NCBI GenBank assembly: GCA_965601925.1 | Contig: OZ271854.1 | Coordinates: 3,072,001-3,136,000, forward strand | Reading direction: 5' to 3' | DNA from: Alkalispirochaeta sp. | GTDB lineage: Bacteria > Spirochaetota > Spirochaetia > DSM-27196 > Alkalispirochaetaceae | Length of the DNA stretch: 64,000 nt | Shown: positions 58,669-64,000 of the stretch, in pieces | Layout: each line of letters starts with the position of its first letter | Position numbering within the stretch: position 1 is the first letter of the stretch | Made by a program: the position numbers and the translations under genes | The notes under the pieces: generated by a model | What the model saw: the letters and a program-made list of their open reading frames with translations, nothing else | Told to the model about the DNA's origin: nothing | Databases searched by the model: none

Positions 58669-60015
58669 TCAAGGGAGTCTGTCGGTCCAGTACTCTTCCC
58701 AACGCTCGTCTGCGGCCGCCGGGGGGAGAATCCGCTCGCGGCCCAATCGATCGCCGGTCTCGTGCATCCACCGCTCCAGTCGGCCGTTCAAGTCGGCCAG
58801 CCTCATCGCGTGGGACGGATCGTAGGCGAGGTTGTGCTTCTCCTGAGGATCGAAGAGCAGATCGTAGAGTTGGAACTCCGGCGTCGCGGTGTCCTCCCAC
58901 CCGGACTCTTTCCACAACCGATCCATGGGACCACCGGCATCGGCCGAGTAGGAGGTTTCCGGCAGCTCAGGTCCGAAGCGGCGGATAAGCTTGTAACGAA
59001 CGGTCCGGATCGATCGGAGCGGGCGGTAGGCGTCGTGGTACGTCTGTTCCCCATAGATCTCGTCGTGGATGTGGTCGACCTCCCCGCGGACCAGGGGCAT
59101 CGCCGATACCCCCGCGAGTCCCGGCGGCGTATCGAAGCCGAGAAGCTCGCACAGGGTCGGGAACAGATCGGTGTGGTGCACCATCCCATCAACGATCCCG
59201 CCTTGAGGAATGTCGGGCCCCGCCATGATCAGAAAGACTCCGGTGCCTGCGTCACTGAGGGTCGATTTCATACCCGGCATCCCCGGTCCGTGGTCGGTGG
59301 TGCACAGCACGATCGTCTCGTCCTGGAGACCCGCCCGCGCGAGGCCCGCAAGCACTGCGCCGAGTTCCCCATCGAGCACCGAAAGGCCCTGGGCGAAGTT
59401 TGCCGCCTCCCGACGGCTCTCCGGCCGGTCCGGGTAACCGGGAAGGGGCATTCGATAGCGACTGTCCAGGTCCTCCGGTTCCTGCGGTATAGAGCTCGTG
59501 AAGGTGTTCCGGTCGCCGCCGTTGAATCGGTGCGGCTCCAGATATCCTACCGAGAGGAAGAAGGGGCGTCGCGGTTTCCCGCTGATGAACTCTATGGCTT
59601 TGGCTGTGGTCGTTCTCGGGTCGTGGAGTCCCTCCGAGGTATGGTTGAGGAGGTTATCGTATCCCAGCGCCAGCGGCGACGCCCACGGTTCCCGCGCTAC
59701 GTGCTGAACTCCCGCAAGGGCGGTGGCGTAACCGCGGGTGCGTAGGAAGCTGGCCAGATGTTTGCTGTAGTCGTCGAGGGCAAAGCCGGACCAGGAACTG
59801 GCGAGACCGTACATGCCCGACGAGTGGGGGTACCGACCGGTAAGCAACGCCGCGCGGCTCGGCGAACAGGTGGGGGAGGCGGCGAAGGCGTTTCGAAACG
59901 TGGTGCCTCGGTGGGCCAACTCGAGAAGCCGGGGGGTACGAAACGGATACCCGTAGGGTTCGATAAAGCGCCCCGCATCATGACAGTGGAGGTATAAGAT
60001 AGATGGACGCTTCAT
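58669..60015 (-). CDS. Cys-type sulfatase (S1 family)
   Basis: PSILYLHCHDAG, CSPSRAALLTGRYPH, EPHR, TDHG and LYDL..DP.E..NLA. Confidence 0.9.
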   Translation of the reverse strand: MKRPSILYLHCHDAGRFIEPYGYPFRTPRLLELAHRGTTFRNAFAASPTCSPSRAALLTGRYPHSSGMYGLASSWSGFALDDYSKHLASFLRTRGYATALAGVQHVAREPWASPLALGYDNLLNHTSEGLHDPRTTTAKAIEFISGKPRRPFFLSVGYLEPHRFNGGDRNTFTSSIPQEPEDLDSRYRMPLPGYPDRPESRREAANFAQGLSVLDGELGAVLAGLARAGLQDETIVLCTTDHGPGMPGMKSTLSDAGTGVFLIMAGPDIPQGGIVDGMVHHTDLFPTLCELLGFDTPPGLAGVSAMPLVRGEVDHIHDEIYGEQTYHDAYRPLRSIRTVRYKLIRRFGPELPETSYSADAGGPMDRLWKESGWEDTATPEFQLYDLLFDPQEKHNLAYDPSHAMRLADLNGRLERWMHETGDRLGRERILPPAAADERWEEYWTDRLP

Positions 60016-61715
60016 CACACCTCCCTCGGACCGTTCCCGGTGCGGAACGCACGCTTCACGCACCGGTAGGCCTCTTTTTTGAGCCGGTATTCGTTAACCA
60101 CGCCCTTATTGTTGAACCCTCGCGGTCTCACGGAGGCCTTTTCGGCGTTGCGGGCGGTCCGTACGTCGCAGTACTGCCACAAGGCGAGGCCCGCGACGCC
60201 CTTCGCCGGATCGAGCGCGTAGTCGAGCACGGCGGAGAGGAGGCGCGTCTGATACTGTTCGGTCCATCGGCCCCCGTCGTCGTCTCGATACCCGTAGAGT
60301 GCACCGGCCCCGATTTCCGAAAGGAGAATCGGTTTGACGCCCTTATTGCGTCTTCGAATGGTCTCGATCGTCGCGTCGAGACGGTCCGGAATCTCCTCGA
60401 TCTCTCCATCGTACCAGCCGGGGTAGACGTTCACCGAGAGGATGTCCGCAAACTCCCCGCACAAGTCGGTATTAGGCTTGTGAGAAGCGTAGGTCACCGG
60501 TCGGCCGGGGTCCGCCTTACGAAGTGCTTGCGCAAGTGCCCCGTACGCCGACCGCCCCTCCGGGGTGTCGCAGTCCGACTCGTTGAGGAATCCACGGATC
60601 ACCACACTGGGATGGTTGTACGACGCGTGCACCATTGCCGCGGTTTGGTCGTGGAGAACCCTTAAGAAGCGATCATTCGACAGGTGCTCCGCGGTGTTCT
60701 GCCACCCGGTGGACTCCTCCCATACGAGGAATCCAAGCTCGTCGCAGAGATCCAGGAATCGGGGGTCCTGAGGGTAGTGGCTTCCGCGGATGAAGTTGCA
60801 TCCCAGGTCCTTCAGGCGCATAAGATCGCCCACCATGATCTGGTCCGGCAGGGCAAACCCAAAGTCAGGGTGCATGTGGTGCCGATTGTATCCCTGCAGT
60901 TGAACGGGGCGGCCGTTGAGCACGAACCGCGCCCCCTCGACCGCGAACGTCCGTATCCCCACCCGCTCCCAAATATCGTCTTCGCCGCAATCGACACGTA
61001 ACGGATGGAGGGCGGGGCTCTCCGGCGACCAGAGATCGAGGCCCGGGACCGTCGGAGTGATGGTGACCGCACCCCGCCCCTCCGAGAAAGAGACCGTGCC
61101 TTCCCATAGAGCTCGGTCCGCGAGCGTCACGGAAACCGGTACATCGCCGTCGCTTAAGGCGGTGAGTTCCACGGCCACGGAAATCCGACGAGCCTCCGCG
61201 TCCAGGGTCCGATATCGCACGTTACGAATGTGGTGGTTGGGAAGGGCGTGGAGTTCCACCGAGCCGGCGATTCCGCCGTAGTGATACCAGTCGTAGTAGT
61301 CGAGATTGATCGGCGAGACGTCGAACCGGGGTCGGTTATCAACGATCACAATCAGTGTATGAGATCCCTCGGTTGCGTCGGGCAGCGGCGCGGAGAAGGG
61401 CACGAACCCTCCAATATGGTCGACGACGAGTCGTGCGTCGACGTACACCCGCGCGCGGTGGTTCACCCTTCCGAAACGGAGCTCGTGGGGACCGGTTTTA
61501 TGAACCGTGAACCGCCTTCGGTAGGCCGTCAGACCCTGTCGCGCCCTGAAGACTGGTGCGGCATCAAAGCATCCCGGTACCGGCATGCGATGCGCAAAGG
61601 TCAGTCTTTCCAGGTCGATCCCCGCGGCGTCGGCCTCTCCAAGCCACGAAAACTCCCATGTGCCGTCGAGACTCTCTACACGGCGTCGCGTGTGTTCCGC
61701 GAATACGCGTATCAT
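60015..61715 (-). CDS. GH2 glycoside hydrolase (beta-glucuronidase-like)
   Basis: LDG.W.F, YGGI, G.NRH, RGSHYP, NHPSV....LNE acid/base, SEIGA nucleophile and NNKG (N-K motif of glucuronidases). Confidence 0.85.
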   Translation of the reverse strand: MIRVFAEHTRRRVESLDGTWEFSWLGEADAAGIDLERLTFAHRMPVPGCFDAAPVFRARQGLTAYRRRFTVHKTGPHELRFGRVNHRARVYVDARLVVDHIGGFVPFSAPLPDATEGSHTLIVIVDNRPRFDVSPINLDYYDWYHYGGIAGSVELHALPNHHIRNVRYRTLDAEARRISVAVELTALSDGDVPVSVTLADRALWEGTVSFSEGRGAVTITPTVPGLDLWSPESPALHPLRVDCGEDDIWERVGIRTFAVEGARFVLNGRPVQLQGYNRHHMHPDFGFALPDQIMVGDLMRLKDLGCNFIRGSHYPQDPRFLDLCDELGFLVWEESTGWQNTAEHLSNDRFLRVLHDQTAAMVHASYNHPSVVIRGFLNESDCDTPEGRSAYGALAQALRKADPGRPVTYASHKPNTDLCGEFADILSVNVYPGWYDGEIEEIPDRLDATIETIRRRNKGVKPILLSEIGAGALYGYRDDDGGRWTEQYQTRLLSAVLDYALDPAKGVAGLALWQYCDVRTARNAEKASVRPRGFNNKGVVNEYRLKKEAYRCVKRAFRTGNGPREV

Positions 61716-63814
61716 TGCGGCCTCCTTTTCCCGTGGCGCCTATCGAGGGGCAGGCTGAAGAGTCTCCAAGTGAGTGGCCCGAGGGTCGTCCTGTCGGCGC
61801 CGTCGGTTTCCCCGTCGAGCATCAGTTCTCGTGGCGACCCGGTCAAGAACTGCACCTCTTGGGAGTCCGACGCCGAGTAATTGATAAGGAACAGGAGTCG
61901 TTCGGACTCCGTATCCAGAGCGCGGACCGTTACATACTCGTCCCCTCCGGCAACGTCGAAGGGTGATCGAATCCCCGCCTCCTCGGCGATATCGCCGACC
62001 AAGGTGAGCAGACGCTCCTTCTGATCGCGAGGAAGAACGGGATATGAGCCGTCGTCGTGATACTTGCTTCCCCCGGTGGTAAAGGCCATGCTCGGGGCAC
62101 CGCCGATGAGCCACGTGGTCCCCTCGCCGAAGCTGTTGCGCACTCCTACCGGGCGATCCTCGTCGTCGAAAAGAAAGCCGGTCCCTCCGAGAACTCGATA
62201 GGACTGTCGTTGGTAGGGCAGTACGAAACTCCTCCCATCCTCTCGCATTACCGGGTACGTGTCGTCCATCCAGAATCGGTCCTCGCAGCAACCGAAAAGG
62301 GAGTCCAAACCACCGCCCGGCTGGGCGTTGTAGAGGAGCCCGTCGTCGTCGACGTAGGCCGGACGGCCCTCCGCGACGACTTTTCCGCCCGCCGCGGCGA
62401 AATCCGCAAGAGCTTTGGCAACGGCCCGGGGAAGTTGCCACACTACAGGCAGGTATACGAGGTCGAAGTGGGAGAGAATCCCCTCTTCGACCCCCCGGCG
62501 GTCGACGATTTCAACCGGAATCCGTTGCGCGTTCCACACGGCGCGGCTTCCGAAGAGGCTCTCTCGAGCGTCCGTCCCGTATCCGACGTGGTTCCCGAAG
62601 AAGACGTTCTCCTCGGCGTAGTAGAGTGCGACCTTGGGCCGCGGCGGCGTTCCGCGACGTATCCGATCGCCGTAGAGCTCCCGAAGTAGGGTCATTCGAT
62701 TCGGCGTTTTTATGTACTCCATCGGCGACTCGTCGACCCGGAGTACCGTCTGGGACCCGGTAAACTTGTGCGGTTGCTCCCATTTGGGAGCCTTGTGACG
62801 GAAATAGAAGATCGTCCGGGCTCCCGCGGCGAGCTGCTCGACGACACAACACTCGACGAGGCGCTGGTCCGTGGGAATCCGTTTATAGGTACCGTACTGC
62901 CCCACGGCGGTTTCCCCTACCATGAGGGGTTTGTGCTGCTGCGTTGCGATACTACGGGCGACGTCCAGCAACAGCCCGTTGTAGAAGCCGGGTCTATCGG
63001 CGGTATTGGCGTAGATGTCGATGCAAGAGAGGTCCGCCGGATCGGTCAAACGCCACAGGCTCCCGTCGCGGCCCAAGGCGTCGTAGTTGTTGTGGAAGAT
63101 CGGGAGAGCGGTATGCTCGCGCATGATGCCGATGCCCCAACGTACCACCTCCTCGACAGACCACCGCTGAAATTGCACGGTCTTCATGCAATGGGGCGCA
63201 ATCCCCCCGCTCGGTGCACCTTCCTGGGAACGGTAGGGGAAGATCTGCTCCCACTCGGCGTACTGGGTACCCCAGGCGCGGTTTATATCGTTCAAGGATC
63301 CATACCGGCCTTTCAGCCAGGAGCGGAACCTGCGACGGGTTGCCTCACAGTCACAGATCGACACACCGTAGCGGATTTCGTTCCCGAATTGCCACGACGT
63401 TACTCCGGGAGCTCCGTCATACCGGTCGGCGATCGTTCTGATGAACCGTTCCATGTGGGCGCGATACTCCTCGTGGTCGAAGCACGCCGCTTGAACGCGT
63501 CGGGTCGTACGAAGTCCATCGACCGCTCGAAAACGGATGTCCGGGTAGGCGTAGTAGATCCACTGCGGAGTGTCGGTGATTCCGACGCCCATACACACCT
63601 GAAGGCCCGACGCCCGGGCCTTCGCGACATAATCGTCCAAGGGGCTGAAGTCGTAGACTCCCTCAGAGGGCTCGAGGACCGACCAGCCGGGCCAGATTTC
63701 CGCCACACGGACGGAGTCGATCCCCATCTCTCGGATCGAGCGGAAATTTCGTGCAAGTTCCTCGGAGGGATTTGCGTGACTATAGTAAGTCGTTCCAAAC
63801 GTTAGTTCCGACAT
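61712..63814 (-). CDS. GH42-type beta-galactosidase
   Basis: GTTYY, WS.LEP.EG.YDF, GNE, C.CE, FR.WLK.RY.SL..IN.AWGT, GET and a C-terminal trimerisation domain. Confidence 0.82.
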   Translation of the reverse strand: MSELTFGTTYYSHANPSEELARNFRSIREMGIDSVRVAEIWPGWSVLEPSEGVYDFSPLDDYVAKARASGLQVCMGVGITDTPQWIYYAYPDIRFRAVDGLRTTRRVQAACFDHEEYRAHMERFIRTIADRYDGAPGVTSWQFGNEIRYGVSICDCEATRRRFRSWLKGRYGSLNDINRAWGTQYAEWEQIFPYRSQEGAPSGGIAPHCMKTVQFQRWSVEEVVRWGIGIMREHTALPIFHNNYDALGRDGSLWRLTDPADLSCIDIYANTADRPGFYNGLLLDVARSIATQQHKPLMVGETAVGQYGTYKRIPTDQRLVECCVVEQLAAGARTIFYFRHKAPKWEQPHKFTGSQTVLRVDESPMEYIKTPNRMTLLRELYGDRIRRGTPPRPKVALYYAEENVFFGNHVGYGTDARESLFGSRAVWNAQRIPVEIVDRRGVEEGILSHFDLVYLPVVWQLPRAVAKALADFAAAGGKVVAEGRPAYVDDDGLLYNAQPGGGLDSLFGCCEDRFWMDDTYPVMREDGRSFVLPYQRQSYRVLGGTGFLFDDEDRPVGVRNSFGEGTTWLIGGAPSMAFTTGGSKYHDDGSYPVLPRDQKERLLTLVGDIAEEAGIRSPFDVAGGDEYVTVRALDTESERLLFLINYSASDSQEVQFLTGSPRELMLDGETDGADRTTLGPLTWRLFSLPLDRRHGKRRPQ

Positions 63815-63874
63815 AGGTAAACTGTAGCACCATGGGAACCAAAAATATGTGCAGAACTGCGTCGCTTTGGACCA

Positions 63875-64000
63875 CTATGGCACCAGCTTGCGAATCCATT
63901 GGGTCGGCGAGCAAGCCATATTCTTGCGAAATACTCGAGCGAAGTAGTGAGATGACTGGTAGCCCAAGCGGAGGGCGATCTCGTTGACCGTGAAACGACC
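63875..64000 (-). CDS. C-terminal fragment of an AraC family regulator (truncated by the window edge)
   Basis: My translation: GRFTVNEIALRLGYQSSHYFARVFRKNMACSPTQWIRKLVP*. It is absent from the ORF track. Confidence 0.8.
   Translation of the reverse strand, partial: GRFTVNEIALRLGYQSSHYFARVFRKNMACSPTQWIRKLVP

Noticed and set aside
1..64000. CRISPR arrays, tRNA/rRNA, riboswitches, transposases, prophage genes
   Set aside because: I saw no regularly spaced repeats or recognisable motifs by eye. Small structured RNAs could be missed without a covariance-model search.

Overview
A 64-kb, high-GC bacterial chromosomal window of about 50 densely packed protein-coding genes. I found no rRNA, tRNA, CRISPR array or transposase. 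The host is probably a free-living Spirochaetaceae-type spirochaete (inference from Cys-less A-x-G-x-x-E/D solute-binding-protein leaders, a chemoreceptor and acidic extracytoplasmic proteins). From left to right: (1) a type II NADH dehydrogenase fused to a DoxX-like membrane domain, with a polyprenyl synthase and a MenA-like prenyltransferase, matching the Ndh2/DmkB/DmkA core of flavin-based extracellular electron transfer loci; (2) a four-gene speA-CASDH-nspC-speB polyamine operon; (3) a LacI-controlled Gfo/sulfatase/PHP-metallohydrolase/ABC locus with a perfect 26-bp operator; (4) TetR plus hydrolase, MCP and GNATs; (5) a GntR-controlled rare-sugar locus; (6) a compositionally distinct PaoABC-like molybdoenzyme island with MarR; (7) a hypothetical protein with hidden kinase motifs, ACT-panE, a diguanylate cyclase, glgX, an LPP20/beta-barrel-like protein and an EAL protein; (8) a radical SAM/HhH protein fused to its usual TIGR03915-type partner behind a palindromic operator, followed by an orphan Pycsar-type membrane effector; (9) an AraC/ABC/sulfatase/GH2/GH42 glycan locus. 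The best leads are a DAVSGAS flavinylation-like motif inside the NDH-2 membrane domain, the kinase-like orphan, the radical SAM fusion and its operator, and apparently frequent leaderless genes. All family calls come from reading motifs by eye; no database searches were run.
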